Assembly: GCA_965248265.1 (NCBI GenBank)
Contig: CBDFJF010000002.1
Span: forward strand, 1,952,001-2,016,000
Origin: Candidatus Latescibacterota bacterium
GTDB lineage: Bacteria; Latescibacterota; UBA2968; UBA8231
Direction: 5' to 3'
Length of the DNA stretch: 64,000 nt
The position numbers and the translations under genes were made by a program. The notes beneath the pieces were generated by a model. It was given only the letters and a program-made list of their open reading frames with translations, searched no databases and was not told where the DNA came from. Shown here one piece after another: positions 37,043 through 47,459 of this stretch (position 1 is the first letter of the stretch; every line of letters starts with the position of its first letter).

Positions 37043-37951
37043 ATGTCAGACACGATCAACGGCACCAGTCGATTGGGCATCCAGGACAGGGGATCTATGG
37101 AGCTGTCGCACGTCGATATCAAAAACGTCCTGACGCGCACGACTGGGTTTCTGAAGACGGTGACGTCGCACTCGTTGCAGCCCTACCGGGGGTGCTCGTA
37201 TGGGAACTCGCTGTGCGGCGTGGGATGCTACGTGCAGCACAGCCACTGGGTGACGAAGGGACGAGCGTGGGGAGGATTCCTGGAGGTGCGGCGCAACGCG
37301 GCGGCCGCCTATCGCGATCGTGTAGAGGCCGAGCGACGATGGGCACTAAAGACCCGTGGCCGATTCGGTATCTTCATGTCCAGTTCGACGGATCCGTTCG
37401 TCCCGCAGGAGTCGAAGTACGGTGTGTCGCGGTCTGTTCTCGAAGCGATGGTGGAGTCACCGCCGGATCTGCTGATCCTGCAGACTCACAGCCATCGGGT
37501 GACCGAATACACTGATCTCATCCAGGCAGTCGACGGTGTATGCGATGTCCGCGTTCATGTGTCGATCGAAACAGACATGGAATCGTTCCCCGGTCTGCCG
37601 CCGCACGCCAGTTCCGTCGACAAGCGGTTCCAAGCGGTAGAGGCGATACGAGACTCGGGGGTACATACGGTTGTCACCGTGTCGCCCCTGCTGCCGATTC
37701 AGGATCCGGAAACCTTCTTCGAGCGAATCGGGGCATGCGCCTCAGCGGTCGTGCTCGATCATTTCATCCAGGGAGATGGCTCCGAGGACGGCCAGCGTAC
37801 GCTACAAACACCCTTACCAGATGCCATGCGCGCCGTCAACGCAGAGTCTGTCGCACTGGAGTATCGGGATCGAATGGTTGAGGTGGCCGAACGGCGGATG
37901 CCCGGGAGGGTGGGCGTGAACATCGATGGGTTTGCGGGCAGGTTCGTATAG
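37043..37951 (+). CDS. Radical SAM protein, spore photoproduct lyase-like family
   Basis: LQPYRGC...C...CY, MSSSTDPF, SIETD, SPLLP motifs; alternative start at 37097. Confidence 0.85.
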   Translation: MSDTINGTSRLGIQDRGSMELSHVDIKNVLTRTTGFLKTVTSHSLQPYRGCSYGNSLCGVGCYVQHSHWVTKGRAWGGFLEVRRNAAAAYRDRVEAERRWALKTRGRFGIFMSSSTDPFVPQESKYGVSRSVLEAMVESPPDLLILQTHSHRVTEYTDLIQAVDGVCDVRVHVSIETDMESFPGLPPHASSVDKRFQAVEAIRDSGVHTVVTVSPLLPIQDPETFFERIGACASAVVLDHFIQGDGSEDGQRTLQTPLPDAMRAVNAESVALEYRDRMVEVAERRMPGRVGVNIDGFAGRFV

Positions 37952-37965
37952 CCAACCTGACAGGT

Positions 37966-38027
37966 CTCTTCGTTGACAACACGCCGTGTACGACACAGCT
38001 TGCGGGAGTGTGTGTAGTCACCGTGCG
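37966..38027 (+). repeat. Promoter-like segment duplicated at 46734-46797
   Basis: ctcttcgTTGACAacacgccg...cacagcttgcgg...tcaccgt is shared by both copies. Confidence 0.8.
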
Positions 38028-38091
38028 CCGCAGGTCGAGGTGACGGTGGAGTCCGAAGGGCGCATTGGATGAACCCCGACGAGAGAATGAC

Positions 38092-40551
38092 ATGGCAACC
38101 AGACTCCTCCCCGTAGTTTTCTTCCTGCTCGCCAATGCCGGACAAGGGGTGAATGCCCTCGTCCTCGTCGAAGACGGCGAGCCCCGGGCACAGATCGTGT
38201 TGGGCTCGCAACCCACCAAACTGGAGAGACTGGCCGCAAGCGACTTGCAGCAGTATCTGAAACAGATGTCGGGAGGAGAGCTGCCCATAGTCACCACGGA
38301 CGAGCCACCCTCTGGACCCGTGGTGCTGATCGGTCAGAGCAAGGCGGTGCGTGACCGGCTCGGAGCTCTGCTTGGAGAAGAGCATCTCGGGTACGATGGG
38401 TATGTCCTCAAAACCTTCCCCAACGGTCTGGTAGTCGCCGGAGCCGAATATCCTCCGGGCCGTGAGCCGAACCGCTGGCGGGACGATCGCTACAACGCCA
38501 ATGGTACCCGGTACGCCGTATTCGCCCTGCTCGAAGAGCTGGGCTGCCGGTTTTTCAACTCTCGTCCCGACGGCGAACACGTGCCGCAGTTAAGGACGAT
38601 TGCAGTCGGCGAGATCGATATCGTCAGCCGGCCGGACGTGGCGCTGCGCTACCTGTGGCTCAGTGGCGACTATGTTCCCAGAGAAACCAAATACGCCTTC
38701 GCGCTGTGGGCGTTGAAGAATCGGCTGGGTGGAGCGCAGATTCCTCACGGGCACAACTACATGGTCATGCTGCCGCCCGATCGCTACTTCGACGAGCATC
38801 CCGAGTATTACGCCTACGACCGGGCGACCGATCAGCGCACCATCATGACCCACGGCGACGGAGGTTTGTGCCTGAGCAATCCCGACGTCGAACGAATCGT
38901 CGTCGATGGAGTGCGCGACAGCTTCGACAGCCGCGATTCCTGGGCCTACTCCCTCAGTCCCAACGACGCGGCTCCCGAAGATTGGTGTGAATGTGATGCC
39001 TGTCTGGCCATGGACAGCGCACAACCGAATCCGGCATACCTCAGAGGCCTGGAGACTGACGCGCCGCGGCAGGTGATGGCGTTTCCCCGCATCGGACTGG
39101 CCACGCGCGTGTTGCAATTCAACAACCGGGTGGCCGAACAGGTGGCGCAGACCCATCCCGGGCGGCTGCTGACCTACTACTCCGATTACAGCAACATGCC
39201 TGGGCCACCAGTGCGGACCGACGGGACACTGATCATGCAGGCCCATCCCGCTGTGGTGCCGATCATCGTGCTGGACAAACGCTGGTGTTCCATTCACGGG
39301 ATAGACGACCCGGACTGCCCCCGCAACGCCGACTTCCGCTGGCGACTCGACGGCTGGCGCCGCACGGCCGACCGCTGGATGGGCCGCGAATGGATCGGGG
39401 TTTCGTTCCGGAGACCGACGCCGCAATACTCGCTCGCGGGTCCGCGGATTCGGTACTTCGGAGACCTGGGAGGGTTTGTCGGATACAGTGGCGAGATCCT
39501 GGGCCGGTCACCGGACACGGAGCTGACGCTGTATGTCCTGGCAAGGATGCTCTGGGATACCGACCTGGACGACCGGGCGCTGATCGAGGAGTACTTCCAG
39601 CTGTATTTCCAGGAAAGCGCCGGTCCCATGCGCGATTACTATCGCCGGCTCGACGAGGTCGCGCGTACACTCGGCGGCCACGCGTTTTACGTCCATTGGG
39701 ATCAGTGGACGCTCGAAGTGCTCGAAGAACTATCAGACTTACTGAGCCAGGCGGAGGGTTTGGCCCGCCAAGACATTGTCAAACGACGCCTGCAGAATGA
39801 ACGGAGCGCGCTGACGGCGTATACCCGGTTCAACACCGGCTGGTTCGCCTCCCGAGAGTGGGAAGCGGACGGCAGTGATGAGAGTAGACACCGGGCGGTG
39901 GCTCGCCTCGATTCCGGCATTGCCTTCATTCGCCGGATTGAAGATGAAGATATCGTCGATGACGTGCGGATGTCCCGCCATCTCGAAGCTGTCCGCTACG
40001 AAGTACTGAATGCAGTGGGAGAGGGGCAGCAGAGGGCCAGTGCCCGCACCTTCGACGGTTTTAGCGACCAGGAAACGTTCGGCGACCTGAGCACGGATTA
40101 CGAGGAGATCGTTTCCCTGCCAGAAGAGTGGAAGTTCCGCACCGTTTCCGAGCAAGCCGGGCTGCGGGAGAGGTGGTTCGCCGTGGATTTCGATGATTCC
40201 GATTGGGATGCGATTCGAATCGGGGAGTTCTGGGAGCTTCAGGGCTATCCCGATTACGATGGCCGGGCCTGGTACCGGGTAGAATTCGCGATCCCGTCTG
40301 TCCCGGCGGACACGCCGCTACTGCTCTATTTCGGGGCCGTCGATGAAAGCGCCGAGGTGTGGATCAATGGGCGCAAGGCCGGGCAACACCGGATCGGACA
40401 GAGCGGTTGGGACAAGCGCTTCGCCGTCGACATCACGCCGTTCGCGCGACCGGGGGATGACAACGCGATCGCCGTGCGCGTACGAGATGAGATCCACATG
40501 GGCGGGATCTGGAAATCGGTGAAGCTGTTCACGGCAAAGGCCGCTCCCTGA
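38092..40551 (+). CDS. Secreted DUF4838-type protein with a C-terminal GH2-like sugar-binding domain
   Basis: Signal peptide, HPEYYA, LCLSNPDV, LSPND, CECDAC; C-terminal YDGRAWYR, FGAVDE..VWING, GGIWKSV. Confidence 0.85.
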   Translation: MATRLLPVVFFLLANAGQGVNALVLVEDGEPRAQIVLGSQPTKLERLAASDLQQYLKQMSGGELPIVTTDEPPSGPVVLIGQSKAVRDRLGALLGEEHLGYDGYVLKTFPNGLVVAGAEYPPGREPNRWRDDRYNANGTRYAVFALLEELGCRFFNSRPDGEHVPQLRTIAVGEIDIVSRPDVALRYLWLSGDYVPRETKYAFALWALKNRLGGAQIPHGHNYMVMLPPDRYFDEHPEYYAYDRATDQRTIMTHGDGGLCLSNPDVERIVVDGVRDSFDSRDSWAYSLSPNDAAPEDWCECDACLAMDSAQPNPAYLRGLETDAPRQVMAFPRIGLATRVLQFNNRVAEQVAQTHPGRLLTYYSDYSNMPGPPVRTDGTLIMQAHPAVVPIIVLDKRWCSIHGIDDPDCPRNADFRWRLDGWRRTADRWMGREWIGVSFRRPTPQYSLAGPRIRYFGDLGGFVGYSGEILGRSPDTELTLYVLARMLWDTDLDDRALIEEYFQLYFQESAGPMRDYYRRLDEVARTLGGHAFYVHWDQWTLEVLEELSDLLSQAEGLARQDIVKRRLQNERSALTAYTRFNTGWFASREWEADGSDESRHRAVARLDSGIAFIRRIEDEDIVDDVRMSRHLEAVRYEVLNAVGEGQQRASARTFDGFSDQETFGDLSTDYEEIVSLPEEWKFRTVSEQAGLRERWFAVDFDDSDWDAIRIGEFWELQGYPDYDGRAWYRVEFAIPSVPADTPLLLYFGAVDESAEVWINGRKAGQHRIGQSGWDKRFAVDITPFARPGDDNAIAVRVRDEIHMGGIWKSVKLFTAKAAP

Positions 40552-40562
40552 GTTCGACGTTC

Positions 40563-41264
40563 CTACTTGGTCGCCTTGACGCTGTCAACGAGGGCTTGGG
40601 CCCGTGGCGTCGAGAACGGGAAGTTGTCGAGCACGTCATACTCCCACACGTTGGTCGGGAAGATGACGACCAGTTCTGCGACTTCGTCGTCCAGGTTCTG
40701 GAATGAGTGGGGCACCATGGGCGGAATGTTCACCATGTAGGGCCCCTTAAAGACGAAGATCTCGTCTCCGAGCGCGTACAGCACCGTTTGTTCTTTAGTC
40801 AGGACGTGGGATTCTTCGCCTTTGTGCGTGTGCATGGGCGGAGCGCCGCCCGGAGCTGTGTAGGTGATGCCGATGGTCAGGTTGCGGTAGCCGTGGCGCT
40901 GACCTTCCATCACGTGGACATACTCGCCCGGACCTGGATTGATGACGACGAGATCGTCCTTGCTCAAGGCGAAGTCGGGCACGGAATCCATGGCCGGCAT
41001 TTTCCAGTTTCCGGGAATCCTCCGGTTCTCGATGATCCCGTGCGGATGATGAAGCGCGTGGAGGGCTTTTCTGGTTGCATCGATCTTGCTGATGAGCTCT
41101 CCGTGCGCGACTTCTTCACCGGGCCGCGCATCGTTCTCGGTGTGCGTCACCGTCGGCTCGGGCGGGCCCTCGGGTTCGTGAGCGAGGATCGGCGATGTCG
41201 ACAATAGAATCAACCCGAGAATCAATCCGGTGGCATACGATAGGACAGGTGCAGGAACTCTCAT
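40563..41264 (-). CDS. Exported cupin-domain protein
   Basis: PPMHTH..EE and IPPMVPHSFQN cupin motifs; signal peptide; AAGGAG RBS. Confidence 0.85.
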   Translation of the reverse strand: MRVPAPVLSYATGLILGLILLSTSPILAHEPEGPPEPTVTHTENDARPGEEVAHGELISKIDATRKALHALHHPHGIIENRRIPGNWKMPAMDSVPDFALSKDDLVVINPGPGEYVHVMEGQRHGYRNLTIGITYTAPGGAPPMHTHKGEESHVLTKEQTVLYALGDEIFVFKGPYMVNIPPMVPHSFQNLDDEVAELVVIFPTNVWEYDVLDNFPFSTPRAQALVDSVKATK

Positions 41265-41482
41265 TTTGTGTTCTCCTTGTGCTCATTTGAGTGACAACAC
41301 CGAAAAATAAATGTAGCTGCATCATGAGACAATCATGGGGCGCTCTTCACAGCTCGAACAGCTTCCTCACTCTGCCCCGACGGATCGGGAACCGGCTGCG
41401 CGCAGGTCCGTCCAAACTTGCCTGCCGCCGGCACGCGCCCTAACCTGTCGTTGCCACCGACCAACCATCAGGAAACCACACA

Positions 41483-42871
41483 ATGCAAACACAGTTCGAT
41501 GAAACCGGATGCCACGTCCTGCGGGGCGTACTCACCGAAGCGGAGGTAGACCGCCTCGCCGGCCCGATCCGCGCCGCGTTCGCCGCCGGCGAGTACGACG
41601 GCTACAAGGAAGAGGCCGCCTATCCATCGCCAGGCGTCTACTCCATGGGCCCGCGCATCCTCGAGAAGCACCCGGAGATTGCTGAGGTCAGCCTGGCCCA
41701 TCCCGCCATCGTGGCGGCCATCGAAGAGCTGTTCGGCGAGCCGGCGAGGCTGGCGCAGTACTGGTCGATCATGCGACCGCCAGGCGCCGGCGTCGGCGAC
41801 GAACCCTTCGCGCCCGGCAGCGGCGCCCACTTCGACTACAAGCCGTGGCGCTGCGTCGGCTCGTTCGTGAAGTGGATGTTTGCCGTGGTCCCGTTCGTCG
41901 ACTACACCGAGGCCGCAGGCCCGTTCGCCGTCGCCCCGGGTTCACATCTGAAGACCCGGGTTCTTCCCTCCGACGGTCGCGTCCACCAGGTCGATGCCGC
42001 CCAGGTTCCGACAGCCTTGGAGACCGCTTTCATAGACCCCGGTCTGAAGAAAGGCGACGTGATCCTGGCGCACGGCTTCGCCTGGCATGAGGCCCGTCCC
42101 AACACCGGCGACAGCGACCGTTGCGGGCTGTACATGAAGTTCTACGCCCGGTCCTCACCCCCCGCCTGCGGCCCGATCACATACCCTTCCCAGGTCCACG
42201 ACTTTCTGCCCGACCAGCGCAAGTACCTGGTGCCCAACCACCGGGGTGACGGCAAGTACACTGCCCTGCGCGAGGGCCCGGTGGGAGGCATCGACGAAGC
42301 TCGGATGGTGATCGAAGACAGTGAAGGACGCGTCCTGCTCCTGCGCGACGGGGCTGACGGGTGGGCACTGCCCAGGTTCGCGGCAACGGAGGACGAATGC
42401 ACCAGCATCTTGGACGTCTGTAATGTGATGGGGTCCGTACTCACGCAGGCCCGCCAGCAACTGGGCCTGGTATTGCCCTGGCTCAGCTGGCTGCTCGACC
42501 TCCCGGGTTCCGCTCCGGACGGTGGGTCGGGGGGCGAGTGGCGCTGCCGCGTCTACGGTCACCGGCAGCCGGACGCCCTGCCGGAGCTCGGCGGCGACGC
42601 CCCCGAACATCGCTGGTTGACTGCTGCCGAGCTGAGTGCGGTGTCAGCCGATCAGCTCGAATGCGGCGGTGATGAGCGGCGTTGGCTGCGTATGTGGCAG
42701 GACGAGGAGGATGAGGAAGGGCACGCGGTCACCAGGAGTTTCGGCCTGCCGACCACCGACGTTGAGTATTATTCCTACAACCGCGGTGGCAACCCTGAAG
42801 GCAACTACCGTGTTGGCGTATTCGACAGTGAGGGCTGCCGGACGCCACCACCGCCGTCCAAGCTCGTTTAG
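41483..42871 (+). CDS. PhyH-family dioxygenase with a C-terminal NUDIX-like domain
   Basis: AHFD, PGSH, WHEARPN..R; then VIEDSEGRVLLLR...WALP NUDIX-like strand lacking the catalytic REUXEE glutamates. Confidence 0.8.
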   Translation: MQTQFDETGCHVLRGVLTEAEVDRLAGPIRAAFAAGEYDGYKEEAAYPSPGVYSMGPRILEKHPEIAEVSLAHPAIVAAIEELFGEPARLAQYWSIMRPPGAGVGDEPFAPGSGAHFDYKPWRCVGSFVKWMFAVVPFVDYTEAAGPFAVAPGSHLKTRVLPSDGRVHQVDAAQVPTALETAFIDPGLKKGDVILAHGFAWHEARPNTGDSDRCGLYMKFYARSSPPACGPITYPSQVHDFLPDQRKYLVPNHRGDGKYTALREGPVGGIDEARMVIEDSEGRVLLLRDGADGWALPRFAATEDECTSILDVCNVMGSVLTQARQQLGLVLPWLSWLLDLPGSAPDGGSGGEWRCRVYGHRQPDALPELGGDAPEHRWLTAAELSAVSADQLECGGDERRWLRMWQDEEDEEGHAVTRSFGLPTTDVEYYSYNRGGNPEGNYRVGVFDSEGCRTPPPPSKLV

Positions 42872-42912
42872 TGCGAACCAACAGGATGATTCGGGGCTTG
42901 ATGGCGGGTTTC

Positions 42913-44346
42913 TCAGCCCTCTTTGGCGTCGCTGCTGCGGAAGCTGTAAAGGTGGGCGTCCCGCAGGTGGAAGACCAGGCGGATACCGCGGCCGGCATGC
43001 TCCCTCATGCTCCTGTCGCCGGGCCAGCGGATCGCCGCCGCGTCGGTATCTCCCCTGGCGGGGTGGTTGCCCTCGAAGGACGCGCGCTGGTCTCCGGAAA
43101 AGCCGGCGACCGGCTGACCATCGGCGTCGAATACCTCGATTAACATCTGGCCGCCGGCCAGGCGTGGATCGGCGTCGAGCTCGCGCGACGTAGACGCGTT
43201 GACCATCAGATCGCCTCCGGGCCATTGCATCGGCTTCGTGACCAGCCGGCCATCCATGTAGCCGGCAGAGACGGATGCGAAGCGGTCGACGGTGATCTCG
43301 GCGAGGCCGATGTTGCCGACTTTGTGGGGTCCCTTCTTGACGTGGATGTGGGAGCCGCTCTGGCCGCCGAAGTAGATCCTGAGCTGGTTGCCGGATTGCA
43401 CCGGCCCCCCCGTCGAGCAGGTCGTCCACGCGGCGTTCCAGGGGAGGGTCGGACCGATGAAGGCCTGCCGATTCGGCGGCATGTGCCAGGTTTCCAGGTC
43501 GTGGCTCCACACCAGCATGATCTCGAAGTGGGTCGGAGCCCCGAACCAGCGCTCGGCCAGGCCGAGGTACATGTCGCCGTAGGGAAAACCGACCATGCCG
43601 TGATACTGGACATCCGGGGGATCGAGCAGGTCCGACCTGAGGATGATCCTGGTGTCGGAGAAGCTCTTGAAGTCGGGGCCCCGGGACATGCCGACGCTGC
43701 GTCTGGCGAGGCTCTGGTCCTCTTTGTAGGTGACCACGAATTCGCCGTTGACTTTCCGCGCCCACAGATAGTAGACGTCGCTGCCGGCCAGGGCTCGAGT
43801 GCCCTCGCGCCCGTCCTGGTAGTCGTGGACCGCCTCGCTGGGCGGATAGGGTACCACGACGTCAAGTTCGGTCCAGTGGTAACCGTCCTTGCTGACGGCT
43901 TCGTACATGCCGTAGACGGGATGGCCGGTCTTGCTGGGGCCGCGGTGGACCATGGTACGGAAGGGGTATTCGTCTTCCGGGTCGTGGTAGACGGACACGC
44001 AACGGCAGTGGGTGATGGCGATGTTGTTCTTTTTGCTGCCGCGGAATTCGTGAATGCCCAGTTCAGGTCGCGTCCAGTGGAATCCATCGGTGCTGTCGGC
44101 GACGCACATGGCGGCGCGAAAGTCGGGGGAAGCAGTAGTGTAGTACATCCGCCAGGCTTCACCGATCTTGAAGACCGTGCCGTAGAACGCCAGGTTGGTG
44201 CCCTCCCACGGCATCTCCGGGCGCATGACCGGCTCTGGAAAGAGGTGGGGCTTGTGCCAGATGCGCGTGAGCATCGACTGCTCCTCGATCCAGGTGTCAT
44301 CCAGGAACAGCTGGCTCTTCGTCAGGTTGTGCTCATGATCGTCCAC
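42913..44346 (-). CDS. Beta-propeller glycoside hydrolase-like protein
   Basis: QLFLDD, WRMYY, STDGFHW, DRFASV, HLYSF; paralogue of 1438-2832. Confidence 0.75.
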   Translation of the reverse strand: MDDHEHNLTKSQLFLDDTWIEEQSMLTRIWHKPHLFPEPVMRPEMPWEGTNLAFYGTVFKIGEAWRMYYTTASPDFRAAMCVADSTDGFHWTRPELGIHEFRGSKKNNIAITHCRCVSVYHDPEDEYPFRTMVHRGPSKTGHPVYGMYEAVSKDGYHWTELDVVVPYPPSEAVHDYQDGREGTRALAGSDVYYLWARKVNGEFVVTYKEDQSLARRSVGMSRGPDFKSFSDTRIILRSDLLDPPDVQYHGMVGFPYGDMYLGLAERWFGAPTHFEIMLVWSHDLETWHMPPNRQAFIGPTLPWNAAWTTCSTGGPVQSGNQLRIYFGGQSGSHIHVKKGPHKVGNIGLAEITVDRFASVSAGYMDGRLVTKPMQWPGGDLMVNASTSRELDADPRLAGGQMLIEVFDADGQPVAGFSGDQRASFEGNHPARGDTDAAAIRWPGDRSMREHAGRGIRLVFHLRDAHLYSFRSSDAKEG

Positions 44347-44351
44347 GTCTC

Positions 44352-45500
44352 TCACTCCACGATCTGATTCATGGCGTCGCGGTACCACTCGTCGCCGTGG
44401 ATCTCCTTCTTGTAGTTCCAGCGCCATTTGACGGGAAACAGCTGCAGAGACCGGTCTTCCAGCGGCATGGACACCGCTGCCTGGTCGCGCTGGGCCGAGG
44501 CGCGCATGGCCAGACAGATTTCGAGTGCCTGCTGCAGATCTTCGCCCGTCGTCAGCCGCAGTGGCGCCTTACCGTCCAGCCTGTCGACGATGGCTGCCAC
44601 CGTGGCTGTTATGCCGTCGGTGGAGATGACCCAGCCATCCTTGTCCCGCACTCTGGAGCCATCCGGATTGGAAGTGGGCGTGTTCTCGGGAAAAGCGCCT
44701 TCGACTTCACGCAGATCCCCCAGGGACCCGGCCTCGACGCCATCGGCCGGCTTCCACAGGCGCAGGTCCGGACTGCTGGAACTGTCGTTGAAGATCATCC
44801 CCCTGGTGCCGATGACCTCGACGCCCTTCCAGGGGTTGTTGTAGTGACAGAAGCAATCGATGCCGTTGGCGAAGCGGATGTGCCCGCCGATCTTGCCCAG
44901 GCTGGTCTGTCCCTCTTCGTGGGCTTTTTCATAGTCGCTGAAGGGATCGCCGGTGACCCAGCCCGTCACCCACTCGACGGCAGCGAAATCGGCGAAGTGG
45001 CGGGCAAGGTTGATGCTGTGGCAACCGCCCTGGCCGCAGTCGTCGTAGGTGTTGATGCTGTGCACGTCGCCGATCTCTCCGGCACGGATCATGTCGAGGG
45101 CCTGCCAGAAGTGGGGCCTGTTCTTGGAGACCAAACCGGCGGCAAAGGGGATGTCGCGCGAGCTGCACTCCTCAACCATGCGGTCGGCATCCTCGAGGCT
45201 GGCCGTCAACGGTTTCTCGCAGGAGACGAGTTTGACGCTGGCCCGGGCGGAGGCGATGACGGCGTCCGCGTTGGCGCGCACGGGCAGCACCGGCACGGAA
45301 ATGTCGATCTCTTCGTTGGCGAACATCTCCTCGTAGGTGTCGTAACCCCGGGCACCGAAGCGCTGGCGAAACAACTCTAGATTCTCGGGATCCGTATCGG
45401 CGCCGGCGACCACTTCGCAGCGCGGATGAACGGCGAAACCGCGCGCGTGATGGCTGCCTTGCCGGCCGACGCCGATGATACCTACGCGATAGGTTGTCAT
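44352..45500 (-). CDS. Gfo/Idh/MocA family oxidoreductase
   Basis: GIIGVGRQG and CEKPL motifs. Confidence 0.9.
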   Translation of the reverse strand: MTTYRVGIIGVGRQGSHHARGFAVHPRCEVVAGADTDPENLELFRQRFGARGYDTYEEMFANEEIDISVPVLPVRANADAVIASARASVKLVSCEKPLTASLEDADRMVEECSSRDIPFAAGLVSKNRPHFWQALDMIRAGEIGDVHSINTYDDCGQGGCHSINLARHFADFAAVEWVTGWVTGDPFSDYEKAHEEGQTSLGKIGGHIRFANGIDCFCHYNNPWKGVEVIGTRGMIFNDSSSSPDLRLWKPADGVEAGSLGDLREVEGAFPENTPTSNPDGSRVRDKDGWVISTDGITATVAAIVDRLDGKAPLRLTTGEDLQQALEICLAMRASAQRDQAAVSMPLEDRSLQLFPVKWRWNYKKEIHGDEWYRDAMNQIVE

Positions 45501-46639
45501 GGGGAATGCTCCTTGATGTAGTCTTCATTCAGATTTATACCGAGGCCGAGTCCGCCGGGCACGGCGATGTTGCCGCGCTCGTTCGGTAGACGCGGGGGGT
45601 CGATCTCGTGACCGTAATAGCCGTCGTCGTGCGGGGTGAAGACCTCGACCATCAGTCCGTTGGGGACCGCGGCTACGCAGTGAATGTTGGCGGCGTCGCC
45701 GATGTGTGCTGCCACCGGTATGCGGAAGGCGTCTGCCAGGGCGGCGATCTTGCGCCACTCGGTGATGCCGCCGCACATCCGGGTGGCGTCCGGCAGCAGG
45801 ATGTCCGCCGCTCTGCTGGTGATCAGATCGCGGAAACCCCACGACGTCTGATCGGTCTCGCCGGTGGCGATGGCGGTGTCGATGGAGTCGGCCAGATGCT
45901 TCATGCCGGCGATGTCGTCCATGAGCAGCGGATCCTCGAACCAGTAGGGATCGACCTCCTCCAAAGCCCGCATCTGTTTCAGCGTGCTGGAAACACCGCC
46001 GCTGTAACTGCCCGACATGTTGAAGTCCATCATCAAGCGGGCGTCGGGTCCGATGATCTGTCGCACCAGGCGGGCGCGCTCGAGGTCTTCGCGCACGTTG
46101 CGACCGACACGCATCTTGACGGCGGTGAATCCCATGTCGACGTAGCGCTGCATTTCGGGTCCGATGTACTCCATCTCGGCGCCGTGGTCACCGAGGCTGA
46201 TGTAGTGGCCGCCGCTGGCGTAGCACGGTATCTCATCGCGGAAACCGCCCAGGAGCTGGTGCACAGTCGTGCCCAGCTTCTTGCCGATGATGTCCCAGAT
46301 GACGGTGTCGACGGCGCTCATGGCACGCACCACCTCGCCCCGCGTGACCGGTTTGCGCCAGGCCTCGTCGTCACCGCCGAACATCCGGCGCCACAGGCGT
46401 TCGTAGTTGAGCGGGTCCTCACCGATGATGCGCGGTTTCAGGTAATCGAGGATGATGTCCGTCGACAACCCGTGCAGGGAGTGGGAGACGCAGACGCCGG
46501 TGATGGATTCATCCGTGAACACTTCGACGATGCTGAAGGTCCAACCCGAACGCAGAAACGACCCGGTCACCCGAGCATTGGTGAACGGTTTGTATTGGGG
46601 AGTGGCGATGCGCCGGATGCGGACGTCGGTGATCTTCAT
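45497..46639 (-). CDS. Mandelate racemase/muconate lactonizing enzyme family protein
   Basis: SAVDTVIWD, KMR, metal ligands MMD/FEDP/TGE, GGITE; start placed at MKITDV. Confidence 0.92.
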   Translation of the reverse strand: MKITDVRIRRIATPQYKPFTNARVTGSFLRSGWTFSIVEVFTDESITGVCVSHSLHGLSTDIILDYLKPRIIGEDPLNYERLWRRMFGGDDEAWRKPVTRGEVVRAMSAVDTVIWDIIGKKLGTTVHQLLGGFRDEIPCYASGGHYISLGDHGAEMEYIGPEMQRYVDMGFTAVKMRVGRNVREDLERARLVRQIIGPDARLMMDFNMSGSYSGGVSSTLKQMRALEEVDPYWFEDPLLMDDIAGMKHLADSIDTAIATGETDQTSWGFRDLITSRAADILLPDATRMCGGITEWRKIAALADAFRIPVAAHIGDAANIHCVAAVPNGLMVEVFTPHDDGYYGHEIDPPRLPNERGNIAVPGGLGLGINLNEDYIKEHSP

Positions 46640-46833
46640 GGTACAGGGACAAAGCGCGATATCGTCGCCACCGTCAAGATCGCGGCAGGTGCCGGGCTGT
46701 TGATTAGCGCTCGTTACCGGGCTGTGTAGCGCGCTCTTCGTTGACAACACGCCGCGCTTAGCACAGCTTGCGGACGTGTATGTGTGATCACCGTTCGTGG
46801 CGCCAGATGAGCCCAGACGAGTAGGAGTGTAGA

Positions 46834-47418
46834 ATGTCAGACACGATTAACGGCACCATTCGATGGTCGGGAGAGCACTGGATCAACTACATCCGCCGCT
46901 CCGGTGAGGAGGCCGACAGCGCCAGTATCAGCTTGTATCACACCTGCTATAGTGAAGCAGGGGCGGGCACCGTGGCCTTCGTCGACATCCCCGGAGCCGG
47001 ATTCGCAGCGCGGTGCACGGACAACCGCGAAATCGCCGACTGGATCTTTGACCAGTTGATCCGCGGTAGGGGCAATCAGTTCGACCGCGATCTTCCGGTC
47101 GTCGACGCGAGGTTCGACCGCAGTGGAGACATCCGCACCAACCCCTCCTGGACGATGGAGGCTGACGGTCACACCATCACGTCCACATGGAATCTGAGCG
47201 AGCCGGCCACGATCCATTGGGGCCCGGTGCCGTCTGGAATACCGAACGTGCAGATTTTCGCTCTGCTGTTCTTCACCTACGACGTGTCATTGATCTACAA
47301 CGGCGATTCGGTTGAAGGAGCGCCCTACACCAGGGACATCTGGCAGCCGACCATCGGAGGCGACCGCAGCTCCTGCGTTTTCGCACTGGCTGAAACGACC
47401 ATCAACATGGAAGGGTAG
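46834..47418 (+). CDS. Hypothetical protein
   Basis: AGGAG RBS, 194-aa ORF with WSGEHW and FALAET segments. Confidence 0.75.
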   Translation: MSDTINGTIRWSGEHWINYIRRSGEEADSASISLYHTCYSEAGAGTVAFVDIPGAGFAARCTDNREIADWIFDQLIRGRGNQFDRDLPVVDARFDRSGDIRTNPSWTMEADGHTITSTWNLSEPATIHWGPVPSGIPNVQIFALLFFTYDVSLIYNGDSVEGAPYTRDIWQPTIGGDRSSCVFALAETTINMEG

Positions 47419-47459
47419 GCGCTGCTAAACGGTCAGGAAGGGGGCGATGGGAAGCGGAC

